A stretch of DNA of 64,000 nucleotides, from NCBI GenBank assembly GCA_002104905.1, contig MCFE01000097.1, forward strand, positions 108,650-172,649. The letters run 5' to 3'. Below, piece by piece: positions 13,600-27,077 of the stretch; the stretch's first letter is position 1, and the number at the start of each line of letters is the position of its first letter. The notes under the pieces are model-generated. The model worked only from the letters and a program-made list of their open reading frames with translations, made no database searches and was not told the origin of the DNA. Origin of the DNA: Basidiobolus meristosporus CBS 931.73 (Eukaryota > Fungi > Basidiobolomycota). The translations under genes and the position numbers were made by a program.

Positions 13600-15333
13600 A
13601 TGTCTACTCCAGAGTATCACGAGGTTACCGAGCATCTAACAAACCTAATAGAAATAGATGGTCTCGAAGTTCCAGAACTGACAACGGATAGTGATCTCGA
13701 AGCAGACCTTAATATGAACATCCTGAAAGATTATGAGGATCTAATGACCTTGCGAGATGATATATGCTATTCGACTGAAAACCAGCGGGGTTGCAAGCAA
13801 TTCAGGTACAATGTCTTGGAGCAGTATCTGAATAAGAAGCCTCACCCCGCTAGCACGATGCGTCGCCGTGACACTCTGAGCTCCCTTAAGAAACGTCAGG
13901 TAATCAGGAAAAATGAATTTCAAGCTTGGGGTTCATTCCTTATTAATATATACTAGTTACAGAGTGGACCGGAAGTACTTGAACGCTTCACTTTGTACTC
14001 TGCTGAGACGGGGGTTATCAAAGGTCAGTTTTTGTCCCAGCTCTCCACGGAGGGGAATTCCCTGATAGACGTCATTCAGAGAGGGAACTTTTGGATCGAC
14101 GTCCTTAGTCCGACAAACGAGGAAATTCATATACTCAGCAAAGTAAGTGGATTCTAGCCCAACAACGCAGGCTATCCTTACTAACTTCAAGATAGGTGTT
14201 CAACATTCACCCACTCACGACCGAAGACATCATGGAGCTGGAGGCACGGGAGAAATTCGAGCTCTTTCCAAACTATTACTTTGTGTGCTTCCGTACATTC
14301 GATCAGGACATGAACAGTGATACGTATTTGAATCCAATCAACATCTACAATATCGTGATGCCTGAGGGAGTGATTACAGTGAGTCTTCTAGGATCATACT
14401 ACGCCTGAATTGGTTACTAAGCGAGTTTTCCTCAAATTCAGTACTATTTCAAGCCAACCCCACACTCACAAAACGTCCTCAAGCGTATTCAGAGCCTTCA
14501 AGATTACATCGAAGTCAAGCCAGGTTTGATAATGTTCGCAACAGTAGTCAATCCGTTTTTTACGTACCAACATTTTACTTGATTGGCTGTAGATTGGATC
14601 AATTATGCGATTGTAGACGATGTCACGGATGCATTTGAGCCAAGGATAGAGAACGTGGAACTCGAAAGCAACTCGATTGATGAGTTGGTACTGATCTTGA
14701 AACAGTCGGAGCAATCGGATATGCTACGCAGAATAGGTCAAGCTCGCAAGAATGTCATGGGCCTTCTTCGCCTTTTGGGACCCAAAGCTGATGTTGTAGG
14801 GCGTCTGATCAAACGTTACAGTGACAAACCTAGCTCCCACGCTACAGGAGATGATATTCCTTTGTATTTAGGGGATATTCAGGGTAGGTTACCAAATAGG
14901 CAGTCCAGGAAGCGGCATGGGCTAACAGTTCACCTCGTAATTCAGACCACATCTTGACTATGCTGCAGAGCGTCAACCATCACGAGAAGATCCTCTCTAG
15001 AGCACATGCGAATTATCTGGCCCAAATCTCCATTGAGATCACCCAAACCCAGAACGCAACAAATGATGTGATTGCCAAGATGACCTTCGTGGCATCTTTC
15101 CTTGTCCCCATGAACATCGTCACTGGTAATATAGCCCATCCTTTGCCACTAGCCACCTGCTGACACTAACCCTGTCGACCATAGGTTTGTTTGGGATGAA
15201 TGTGAAAGTCCCGCACCAAACCGACCCAGAAGCAATCGGGGAGCCAGTTTGGCCTTTCTATAGTATTGTGGCCTTCTTGGCGGCCATGGGGATGATGTTC
15301 TATTTTGTCGCTCGGTGGTTTAAACTAATTTAA
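13600..15333 (+). CDS. CorA-family Mg2+ transporter (Alr1/Mnr2-like, multi-exon)
   Basis: FWIDVLSPTNEEI, FNIHPLTTEDI, EKFELFPNYYFVCFRTF, DWINYAIVDDVTDAF, MLRRIGQARK, LVPMNIVT|GLFGMNVKVP (GMN motif); stop at 15331-15333. The start may lie further upstream. Confidence 0.92.
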
Positions 15334-17510
15334 GCATCTCTCAGTTCTCGGCCGGATCCTTTGAGCTGCAACTTACAGCTCAGCCATGTAGATACAAGTA
15401 GTCAATGTAGTATTATATCAAGCCAAACCGACCTTCCTTTCATAAAGCTCCGACCCTGATATCACCGTAGCCAACCCGGTTCGTTTGCTAGATTCCAACA
15501 TACATATTAATTTGAACAGCTATCACCTTCCCATGGCAAGGGTATACTGCATAGAAATAAAAGCAACATCGATACTAGTGCACGTCTGTTGTCCGATACA
15601 CAGGCTAGGTATGAACATGGACTTGTCTATAGGTAGGTGGTGTGGTGAACCTGTATATATGCCCCTTAGGGGGGAGCTGCGGAATCCCGCGAATGGACAG
15701 CAGTCAACCCTTTCAAGAGTATTCCTGGGAAATCCCTCTGAAACATTTGGCTTCTCTATAATGCCAGACAACAGAATCCAATTTAATCGTTTGGAGGAGT
15801 AACTGGACTAATCACATCGTGCTGGGATGTTGCTCCTACCTTTCTAGGACTTTCAACCAATGGCATTGCGAAATACGCCCCGAGTAAAACCCTGTTGTCA
15901 CGTGGATTAGCTTTGGACAAAGCACACTGCTTTATCGTACAGATAATACGGATGCATATGCTTAAAAGATAACTGGGTTGATGAGTCGGGAAAGCGCTTA
16001 CAGAGGGATCTATGAAATGGATCAGCATGTCGTGATAACTATAGGTGCAGCGACCATTTGGACTCAATTTGTTCTCAGACAACCCGTGGAGTAGCGAAGA
16101 GTAAGCAACCAGCAGATGTCCGCGATATTGCCGTATCCAGGGCTCTACTGATGTAAAATAGCAAGCAGCGCAAATGTCTGTGCTGGTCAAGCGGTCATAT
16201 CACAGATCTATTAGACCATCAGTTTGTGTAATCAGCCATCGGTGTCATCAGCATTATCCTGTGCTAGCAGCTCATATATGTAGCAGAGCATTTGTTCCCA
16301 TGTTTTCAGGAAAGAAAGCCAGTTGGTGAAATCTGAAGCACAGCATTCATTCGTGATGCCCGATCGAAGTTGGTAATAGACACCCATGCTCTCTCAAGAT
16401 TTAATAACATTTAAGTGACTGACTTGTATATGGTGGCAATAAGGACTTTATGAAGCTCTAACCTAAACGAGTCCGTGTGGGTTACACACTAGCGAGCTCT
16501 TGGATGGAGGATTCGTTTATGGCGTAGATATGATCTGCTCACCCATACTGGCATCGCTATGGCCCAAGTGATGCCTTGCAGCAAACACGTCAAGACGTGT
16601 GTACCTCATTGTCTAGTGCTCTCTCGTCTTGACCCTTACTTCACCGAATCACCTTGGTTTCAAATGCAATCCAAGCGTACACATATTAATATCGATAGCC
16701 TCCTCGATAGATCAACACCAGCCATGATGGTGTTGCTGTCGATCAACTGGTTGCTCAGTCGGGATGCATCCTTTGAAGCATCATGAGGCCTGGCTTGTTC
16801 GTACAGTCCGATTACCGTGATCAACCAAGAGCGAGCATCTACACCAGCGCAGCTTTGGATTACAGTTAGGTACAGTTATGGAGCACATTGCCAGCTTCCT
16901 GTCAAGCTCCTGAAATAAAATCGTCCCATGCTTAGATCACCCTCAGCAGTGATACGAATATCTTTGTGTTAATTGTGGTCATCCTTGCCATCACCCACCC
17001 AAAAATTCCAGATTCATTGATTCCTTATTCATGGCAATTCGAATCTCACAACAATCAATCAAAGCTTTGTTTACTTCGAACCCCTTAATTGTGTGATCTG
17101 TTTTTGGATGGATCCTCCATAACAACCATGCATTCTGATTGACGGAGAACCCAGGATTTAATGGCTTTTTATTGTTATTCTATACTGCATGAGTAGAGCT
17201 ATCTTTTGCATACAGAATTTTCGGGTGTCTTCCCCTGTCTTTACACCCTAGCCATATAAATCTATTACGTATGATCCGGAAGAATCCCCCTAGCATTTGT
17301 ATCTTTTCTCCCCATCATATAGGTCAGATTGCCTTTGTAATCTAAAGTTATACGCATTACCGCTCGTTAGTGTTACTTTAATTATTTCTCTCTCAAAAGT
17401 TCCTTTGTTAATTTTGTTGTTCGGTTGTTCTACTTCAATCCGTTCTACAGTAAACCAGTTGACCTTGGATAGCTTAGCGTTCTATATTCCTAATATCATC
17501 TCACCACAAA

Positions 17511-20500
17511 ATGGCACCCGAACCCACTGATGTTGATTCCCAGGTACTATTCCAGTCCCAAGGCTTTGCTTATGGTCTTCTCTGAATTAACCACCTTGTC
17601 TCCCATTGTTAGAACTTCGAGGAACAAAACCAGATCGAAAGTACCCTGGCTTTAATAAAACCCGACTGTCTTACCCCTCACCGTATCCAAGCCATCAAAG
17701 ATTTGGTGCAGCTGGCTGGCTTCGAGCTCGTGCGTCAGAAGAAGTTCTGGTTCACCAGAGAGTCAGCGTCGGAATTCTATTTAGAACATAAGGATAAGGC
17801 ATTTTTCGAGGACCTTATCTCATACATCACTTGGTATATTGGTTTGCTCTTCCCACACATGTATTGCTCTTGAGAATTGACCCATCTCCCCTTTGTAGTG
17901 CTCCAGTGATGGCTTTTGAACTTCGACAAGACGATGCAGTCATGAAATGGAGAAAGTTGCTAGGTCCTACCGATCCAGTGGTTGCTAGAGATACAGATGT
18001 TGAATGGTATGCTTGGGATGGTTTTGCATCGACACCTCAATGCTGGCATACTAATGTATGATCCTTCCTCAGTATTCGCGCTATGTTCGGTGTCGATATT
18101 ACCAAGAACGCTGTACATGGTTCCGACTCTGTTGAAGCCGCCCAAAGAGAACTTGAGTTCGTCTTCTCCAACAGTATCCATACTATGGTTAGCGATTCCA
18201 AGGAACACGGAGATGACACTCTGTTCAAATCCGAATATACCCTAGGCATTATCAAGCCTGACGCTGTTTCCTCTGGACATTCGGAAACCATTTTGAGAGC
18301 GATCAATTATAAGGGTTTCGAGGTGTTGAAATTCGAGAAAGTGCATATGGATGAAGATCAAGTCAAGGAGTTCTACCGGGACCAGAAGGGTAAACCCTTC
18401 TATCAAGATCTTGTTTCTTTTATGTCCAAGTATGAAGTTAGAATCGTAATCATTATTAGCGATAGTTACTCAAGAAGTTTTTCTTTACATAGTGGCGAGG
18501 TGCATGTCGTCCTTCTTAAAGGAATCAATGCGATTCGTGGATGGCGTGAGATGATGGGCCCAGCTGATGTCGATGTAGCAAGAATCACTCGACCACAAAG
18601 GTATCCTCCATACTGTGCCTCCATTTTTTTAACCAATATTAATTCTTTGAATCGTGTAGTATCCGTGCTCTTTATGGAACTGATGAAGTAAAAAACGCTA
18701 TCCATGGAAGTGAATCGAAAGAGGCCGCTAGTCGTGAGATTGCATTCTTCTTCCCAGATTTCTTTGATTCCCCTTCCCCCGTAGTTGAGGACGCTACTGC
18801 TTCCAACGACGTTGTAAATGAATTAGAAGCTCCTGTTGTGGCAGAGACTGACGAATCAGTAACAGAGAAGAAAGAAGAACAGAGCGAGAGCATCGAACAA
18901 CCTGAATTAGACAAACAAATTAATGGCGATTCTGAATTACCCCAAGAAGAATCTGAAGTCAAGGAACAGGAACCGGAAAACGAAGAATCCCCAAATCATG
19001 TCCAAGAAGATCTCAGTAAAGATCATCAAGAGGACCAGCCAGCTTTAGAGGAGCATGAGGAGCAACCGGTCCAAACTGAAACTGAAGATGCGGTTGAAAA
19101 CCCCACGGAGTCCCTAGAGCCAGAGCCAACCCAGGCCGAAGTTGAAGAGGTTGTGGAAGAGCATACTTCTCAAACTTTGGATTCAGAGGAGTCTATCGAG
19201 CCTGTTGCTGAGGCATCAGAGCCTCTAGAGGAAAATGAATTAGAGACCGCCACTCAATCAGATGTATTACCCGAAGAAGTTACAGCTGTTCATGAAGAGT
19301 CTGAGACTACTGAGCCAACGGAGGTCCAAGAAGAGGTTGAGGTTTCAAAGCAACAGGAGAATGAAGCGTCCGAACCTGTAGCTTCTGATGCTGGATTGGT
19401 TGTCGACAGTGAAGTTGTTGAAAATGAACCATCAGGGGAGCATGGTGCCGAAGCCCAGGATGCAGAGGACGACACGGTTGCCGCTGAATCAGACTTGCCA
19501 AAGGAGGCTGTTGAGGAGACTTCAGAACAACCTATCGAAAACGACACTCCTGAAGAACAGGATGTCGCCGAAGATTTGAAAGTAAAGGAGGATGTAGCTG
19601 AAGAGGAGAAGCCCGAACAGAGCGATGTTGAGCAAACTTTCGCTCTTATCAAGCCAGATGTATACGGAACCAGTCGTAAGGAAGACATTCTTCAATTGAT
19701 CAAAGAAAAGCAGTTCACCATCGCTCAATCTAAGGAGGTTACATTCACCAAACCCTTGGCCGAGGAGTTGTACAGTGAATACAAAGGAAAGCACTTCTTT
19801 GATAACATCATTACCTTGATGAGTAGCTCTCCTTGCTTAGCAATGATCTTGGAAAAAGATAATGCTGTCCAAGAGTGGCGTAGTTTAATGGGCCCAGCAA
19901 ATTCTCTCAAAGCCAAGTTTGAATCTCCCGGAAGTATCAGAGCTTTATATGGTACCGACAGTATCAAAAATGCGGTTCATGGAAGTGATTCCATTGCTCG
20001 TGCACGAAAAGAGATCGATTTGGTATTTAACGGAGCCAGCCTGGAAACCCAACCACAAGATAAGGATGAGGCATCAGAGCCAGTTGATTCACACATCGAG
20101 AATCAAAAGGACACTCAGACAGAAGTCGAATTATCCCATGAGAATGAACCCCAACTTGATACCGAGGTTGCCACTTCAGAGCAAGTTGAGCCCCAGCCAG
20201 AGAATGAAATCCCCGCAAGCGATGTAGTTCCTCAGCCTCAAGAGACAGATACTGCCGAGCTTCAAGATGCATCAAAGGAAGAGCCCGCTTCAGAGATCGA
20301 CGCACAACTGCCCTCGGAAACCAAGACCGACGATCTTGCCGAGACTCAAAAAGAGATTGAAGAGCCTGTTGCAGAATTGAAGGAAGCCGAACTAGAGACC
20401 CAGCCAGAGTCAAACGATGCGGAAACTATCCAAGCCAATCTCGAACTTGAAAAGGTTGAGGATGTCAATGGTTCAGAGAAAATTGAGGCTCAACCTGAAG

Positions 20501-22509
20501 TGTTAGATAAAGAAGCAGAGGAGAAGCCTGTTGAAACACCAATTCAACTCGAAAGAACTTTGGCTTTGATCAAACCAGATGCATATGGTGCAGGCAACAA
20601 GGTAGCCATCCTCGAGATAATCAAGAATGCAGGCTTTGCAATTGTGAAAGAGAAGGAAGTCAGTCTCACCAAAGAGCAAGCGGAGGAGTTCTACAAAGAG
20701 CATGCTGGCAAGTCATTCTACGACAATTTGGTCGGATTTATGAGTAGCCAACCTATCTACGCAATGGTTCTTGAGAAGGATAATGCGATCAAAGCCTGGA
20801 GAGAGTTGATTGGGCCCACTGACTCTACAAAGGCCAAAGAAACATGCCCTCAAAGTATTCGAGCTCTCTATGGTACCGACGGTTCTCAAAATGCAGTTCA
20901 TGGAAGTGATTCTGTTGATAGTGCCACTAGAGAGATCAAGATTGTATTTGACTCTGCTAGCACCCCCGCATCCTCAAATGTATCCCAAAGTGATGTCGAG
21001 CAAACCCTAGCTCTTATTAAGCCTGATGCTTATGGTGCTGGCCGTAAAGTTAGCATCCAGAAGATCCTTAAAAAGGAAGGGTTCACCATTGTGAAAGAAA
21101 AGGAGGTCAGACTTACCAGACTCAAGGTCAAGGAGTTCTACTCGGAGCATGAAGGAAAGCCTTTCTTCGAGAAGCTCGTTTCATGGATGAGCAGCGCCCC
21201 CATTTATGCTATGATCCTCAGAAAGGAAGGTGCCATCAAAGCTTGGAGAGATTTGATGGGCCCCACCAACTCAGTCAAGGCTAAAGAGGTTGCCCCTAAA
21301 AGCATTCGTGCTTTGTATGGCACTGATGGATCCAAAAACGCAGTTCATGGTAGTGATTCGTTTGCTAGCGCTTCACGTGAAATTTCCATTATTTTCGGTA
21401 ATGTCGGGGCAAGTAATGGGGTCAAGAAACCCACTCGTAGCCCAGTTATGCGAGCTGCTCCTGCCAACGGTAGCCGTGTTGCCACTAGTCAAGTAAAATC
21501 TCGCCCGGTATCTGTCGTTGATGCCACTAATGTCAAGAGAGGTGTGCGTCCATCAGGTGTGCCACCTACAACTTCTGCTGCCGCCACCGCCCCTAAGAGA
21601 TCTAGCATGCCTCCCACCCGTCGCTCACCCACTTCTGGAGAGCCAGCCAAGAGCGCTGTTGCTAAGGATGCTGCTAAAACTAGAGTTCCTTCAACTTTGA
21701 GAACCGCTACCAAGCCTATAGCTGGCGCCACATCCAGCAGAACTCCTGCCCCCAGACCAACTGGCACCACTACTACCAGAAAGCCGGCTGAACCAAAGGC
21801 CGCTCCTACTCAGACAGGACCTGGTCGCCCAGTTGCAACTAGACCTAGGCCTGCTAGTGCCGCTTCAAAGGAGCGTTCCTCAGTTGTCGATAGATTGACT
21901 AGACCTACTGCCGCATCGGCCACCAAAAGTGGTGAGCATGAAGCACCTAAGACCAGAATTTCTAAGAGTCCTACTGCCACAAAGGTCCCTGCGAAAAGAG
22001 AGTCCACTCTGAAGCCCAGGGAGATCACCAAGAATGGGTCAAAGGAGTCCATCTCTACTCGTGCTTCTAGCCGTTCCTCAACCACCTCGAGCAAGGTTGG
22101 AGTTCCTCCCAGAAAGGCCCCAGTTCCCTCCGCGAAGCCAGGAGCCGTTAGGCCCGGTGTGAAGCCAGTTGGACAGGCAAGAAATGTCAAACCAAAGCCT
22201 ACCCGTGGCTCGCCCACCTCGGCCACCCCTACGGGATCCGCCTCCGAAGCAACCTCAATTGCACCCTCTGCTGAACACAGTGATGCGGAAACCAAGGATG
22301 AGGAGAACGGAGAGATTCATGAGACCGTGCCCGGTAACCTCACACCAACTGTTGATGAGGGAGCCATCGTGAACTCCACTGAAGCTGGTGTTGTAGGAGA
22401 GAATGGCAAACAACCAGAGGAAGAGTCAACCGAGTCATCCAACCAGGAGGAACCAACTGAGGCGCCCAGCACCGAGCCTACTCAGCCACCGGCCGTTTCT
22501 GCTCAGTAG
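17511..22509 (+). CDS. Multi-domain nucleoside diphosphate kinase (five NDK domains, acidic linkers, basic Pro/Thr-rich tail)
   Basis: Five repeats of TL(A/G)(L/I)IKPD...WRxxxGP...SIRAx(Y/F)G...NA(V/I)HGS(D/E)S; ATG 17511 followed by GT-AG introns; last exon continuous to stop 22509. Confidence 0.9.
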
Positions 22510-22915
22510 GTGGGTTGGAACATAGCTCTGACTGGAAATTAATTTATTTACCCAACAACGTCGTAATACTCCTTTTTATCTTCCAACTGGCATATCTCCC
22601 AAACTTTATTAACATTCCATGACATCCATGTGGTTAGCCATCTTTCTCTGATTGTGTATATTTCCGTTCCTTTTTTATTTCAAATTGGATGGTTGAGAAT
22701 AAACCTATTTTATCGTCTAACTGGCTGTGTATGCTTGTATGGGATATGTTGTGTGTGGGAGGGGGGGGGGTTACTTTGTGAGTTCTCAAGAAGGGCCGTT
22801 AAAAACGGATAATAGGGACAAAATTATATTGGTGATTGGGGAAATTCATACATAGAAGGCAATTCTATAGGGATAATGGATGTAGGAGAGAGGGACTTTT
22901 CAGGTGGGTGGGAGA

Positions 22916-23569
22916 TCATAGGAAAAAGATCGGAGGATTGGTCACGGAGTCTACGGAGGAGGAGGAGGAATTACAGGAATGGTTGATATGAAGTACACCG
23001 GACTTGTTTTCCTTCATGAGGAAGCCGGAAGTGTGCTGAGAGATCTTACGAAAAGTGAGCCCTTGGAGCTCGGCTTTCTCGAGCACCTTAAACCCGGTGA
23101 TGAGGAGTAATGAGGTTAATGCCGAGGTGACTTTAGGTTTATCGTGGGATGGTAGATAGATGGTTGTGCCCGAGAAACTTAATCCGGATGTAGGTAGTAG
23201 GATGGCCACCGTTACGCCATTGTCGTTGTGACAGCGAAGGAACCCTTCCCCTATAGACCAGGTATAATTATGGTTATCGAAACTCAAGGAAGCACAGAGC
23301 TTCTCTGGTGTCCAGAATAGGACGACATTCTCATGGTAGAAGAGATCACTGGACAAGATGAAGGTGATCCCGTCCAACTCGGCGTAGCATTTCCAAGAGG
23401 GGATTCTTACTCCTTCGTGAACCATTATACATTCGCGGTCGCTGACACGGTGGAAGTTCAAGAAGTTTTGTTGATCAGTGGCAAATCGGACGGTGTAACT
23501 GTGGCGAAACGCTTTCTTGCTAACCTGGTAGGATTGCAAGCCCATCGTCAAAGCAGCGATATTGAACAT
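22916..23569 (-). CDS. Hypothetical protein, 217 aa, single exon
   Basis: ATG-started ORF of globular composition in an intergenic space; no family recognised. Confidence 0.5.
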   Translation of the reverse strand: MFNIAALTMGLQSYQVSKKAFRHSYTVRFATDQQNFLNFHRVSDRECIMVHEGVRIPSWKCYAELDGITFILSSDLFYHENVVLFWTPEKLCASLSFDNHNYTWSIGEGFLRCHNDNGVTVAILLPTSGLSFSGTTIYLPSHDKPKVTSALTSLLLITGFKVLEKAELQGLTFRKISQHTSGFLMKENKSGVLHINHSCNSSSSSVDSVTNPPIFFL

Positions 23570-24346
23570 TGCTCTGATCCAATGCTGATTCGGGCTACGT
23601 ATTAAAGGGTTTAAAGGTATGAATGGTGAGACGGAGCTCCTCCGAGGTTAGTTCTAAATGAATGACAAACGTTTAAGGGAAATATCAACGGGACTGGACT
23701 CACCAAGCTGGGGTTTTATTGAAGTGGATCCTTCTGAGGCACTTCTATCTCATTCGAGATTCAGGGATCCCGTTTGCTCTCAATGGTCGACGGCACTCCC
23801 ATTCACGATGCACATGGTTCATTCCAAACGCGCTCCTCGACTCTTTCCAACCAGCTACTCGCTCAGGTCATCCTCCACCTTGACCCGACATCATCCAGCC
23901 CTCTAATCTTCTGGTTCCTCCTCGTCAATGCCGGTCAATGTAGATCTGGGATGCAACGTTGCTTAGTCTGGTAGTGACCATCTGTGGGAAATGCGAGGTT
24001 ACGCGACGAGTATCCAGCAGCGCAGCTCACATGGTCTCGATGCGATAAGAATTCTCAGGAGCTAGAGCTTACATCCTCCGTCGGCTCCATTGGCTCGGCC
24101 CGCTTTGAGCGGGCTAGGTGACGCTGTATGGGCATTCCATCCGGATACTTCCATTCAACAAGATCTTTATTATACAGTATGAAGGTTTTGAACAATAAAG
24201 ATGATCACAATCTAAAGGACTGAATTAAACTACTAGGAATTTACTATAACAGAGAATGTATAAAAAAAATACATAGGATCTATGTAACAAAAATCAGATG
24301 AAAGCTCCACTTGTTCCGATGGCTTAACATTCAATTCTGTCGGGTC

Positions 24347-27077
24347 TTAAAGAGACAGTGTGGCCCGTAAGTCAGATGGAAGGCCAGATACCAACACATC
24401 GGACTGCTTCTCCAACTTGTCCCTCTGCTTGTCTGTAAGGTGACATTTTCTCGAACCAACTGACTCGCCGGGATCCGCAGGGGACACTTCCTCGTCACCG
24501 ATTTTCTAAGGCGGACTCGTCAATACACACAATCGCGAGACGCGCAGCAGCGCTCTAGACAATCCACCACTTACCAGCTCCTCCTTCACTCGCAACAGCA
24601 AATCGACTAGCTCCACCTCGTGCTTACCGCTCATCCATTGATTCAAATCCGTATCACACAACACCTCTAAATATTTGCGCTGCAACTCCTTCTGAGCCTC
24701 AGTCGTTCGCCACTGAAGCCACGTGGCGAAATTACCGCACTTCAAAAACTGGCGATAAAAATCCAACCAGTCGGAGTTACCGAAGGTCGACTTGAACTGC
24801 ACCTGTGGACCTGATGTTTGGAGGTCAATAACAGGCTATCCCTAACAATGAACAGCCCACTCTACCATGTTCCTGGAGAGACTTCATGAAATCATCCTGT
24901 TTGAACGGCTTCAAGCGTGGTGGCTGCTTTGAAGAGGAGAGCGTACTACAGTGCTACAAGGTAAGTATGGCAAACAGCAGAAAAGGGATCAGGAAGTGCT
25001 ATTCACGCCATTACATGTGGACTGGGATCAGCGTGGTAAAGTAGCGATTGAAAGGAACCATGAACTTCTCGGTCAAATCAATGAAATACCGGCGAAGAGT
25101 GTTGTTCAGGATATGTGCTAATGGAAGCAGATCAATGAATACTGTGTTATGACAGAGTATAGGCTTCCAGTCACTTACGGGGACGAGCTCCCTTGGCGAC
25201 TGCTATTGCAATGCTCTTAATCAGTTTGTGATCTCTCGACACGACTCGCTTGCGCTTCGAAGTCAATCCCTGTGGTGGAAGAAAAGGTAAGCTAACGCCC
25301 AGTTAGGTATGTGAGCTTGCTCCACGGACCTGTGAGAACTCGAGCAAGGAGGGAGAATAGAATCGGCTGAGAAGCTGGGAGGACCTCTGCTGGCCTTTTT
25401 CGGTTTGCCCTTTCCTACGACAGATCGGGTTAGCGCTCCTGTTGGCTATACAGCTTGCACGCAGAACACGTACTTGTTTATTCGGGAGTGACCGATTCGG
25501 AGGTGATGCGGCCAATGCTCCAAAGCTCGATCAAAGAATGGGTTGGTGACTCCGAGAATGACGGCAGATGGAATCTGAACGAGAAAGTGGTCAACATCCG
25601 GTGGCTTTAGAAGTAGGCGGTGCGGAAAATACAAACTCGATTCTTGTTGACGTAGGTCTGAAAATCAGAGTCCTGAATAGTGAAGTATGGTCGAAAGTCC
25701 CCACAATACGGAACCTAATGCGATGGTGGGTGAGCAGTGGTCCTGTGGGTCATTGCTCAGGGCTACTTACTGGAGATATCATGTCGATCAATGCGGTCAC
25801 AGTTTCACTGCAAGTGGCCGGCGATTGCGACATCACAACTATGGGCTCACCTAGTAACACCAGCTCCCAGCAGAGCCACATGTCTCCAATGATTTCATGA
25901 AACTGATTATACAACGCTTCATTGACCACGGATGCAAGAATCTGTGGAGAGTATCGATGGTTGTGAGTAACACAGCCCAGGCTTCCCGATGCAACACATG
26001 CATACCTGATTCTCCGGATCCATGGTCTCCATGTTGAAAGAGCTACTTTCCAAGAGCTGAGGCTTGTGTATCAATGGGATCTCGGCGTGAACAACTGTTC
26101 CTAAAAACGGCAACTCCAGCGTCTGCCCAGGGACCGGGACTCCCCTATAACGTTATCCAAATTGTCAGCAGCTAACGAGAGAACTTGTAAGATTTGCCAT
26201 GAACTACCAGCTAGCAATGTTATGGCATGCAGCTTCTAGCATCGGCCTGCCTATATCGTACAATAGCGGACCTAGAAGCGCAATGATCCGGCTGAATAAT
26301 CCATAAAATGGATACACCGTAAGCAGAACAAGCGATTTCTATGATGCAATCACCCCCTTGATTAGACGTGGTACTTACAAAAGGAATCGATGCCCAAACC
26401 TGAAAATATCCCCTACGAAGCAGAGGATCCTTCTTCTGCCGGAAAAACACAAACCCATAGAGATATTCATGGCCTTCTACGTGGCTGTTGGTGAGTGCAA
26501 TCTTGGCAAAAATAACTTTGCTGATGTACCATTATGGAAACGCTCTTCTTGGAGGAGCTGGGATCTCATGCGGAAATGGAAAACGGTGTCACCGACACCA
26601 AATACATTCGTATCAGGGAAAGCAGAAAAGCAACTACCCGCGATAGAGATGATTAGGTCGGTTGAGAAGGTCGTCATTTTCGAAAGCTTACATGTTTTTG
26701 GAATCTGTCTCCGAAAGCTTCATAGGGGGGAATACGAAATCCATAGCTTTGGGTGGATAACACATGTTAAGAGAAGAAGCCAGTAATTTAGTATACAGTA
26801 TTTATGCACATGCGCTAAACATCGCATCGGAAATGCGTAGGTCAACCCAAATATGAAACGCACCCTGTCCTAGCTCCAGGTCAAAGTTGACCTGACAAAA
26901 GCCAATAATCCAATCTTGGAAGCGATCTAAAGCTAACTGCTCGACAACATCCCAGCTCACTCTGTTCGGCGAGGATAGGTAGGTAGAAGGCGATATATTG
27001 GGTGCAGGGATAGACGCTAGAGCCGGAACCGAATCGGCAGCGGTTTTGACGGGTAAGGATCTTGGCCTTGTGTCCAT
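24347..27077 (-). CDS. DENND6 (FAM116)-like DENN-domain protein (multi-exon)
   Basis: [20 protein letters not shown]; [19 protein letters not shown]; [24 protein letters not shown]; [29 protein letters not shown]. Confidence 0.85.

Noticed and set aside
15783-16860. Possible multi-exon minus-strand gene between the CorA and NDK genes
   Set aside because: Some exon-like frames (DARSWLITVIGLYEQ...; 15783-16190) but no consistent model or family could be built.
19290-22372. Antisense and alternative-frame ORFs within the NDK gene
   Set aside because: Shadows of the long sense ORF; no independent motifs.
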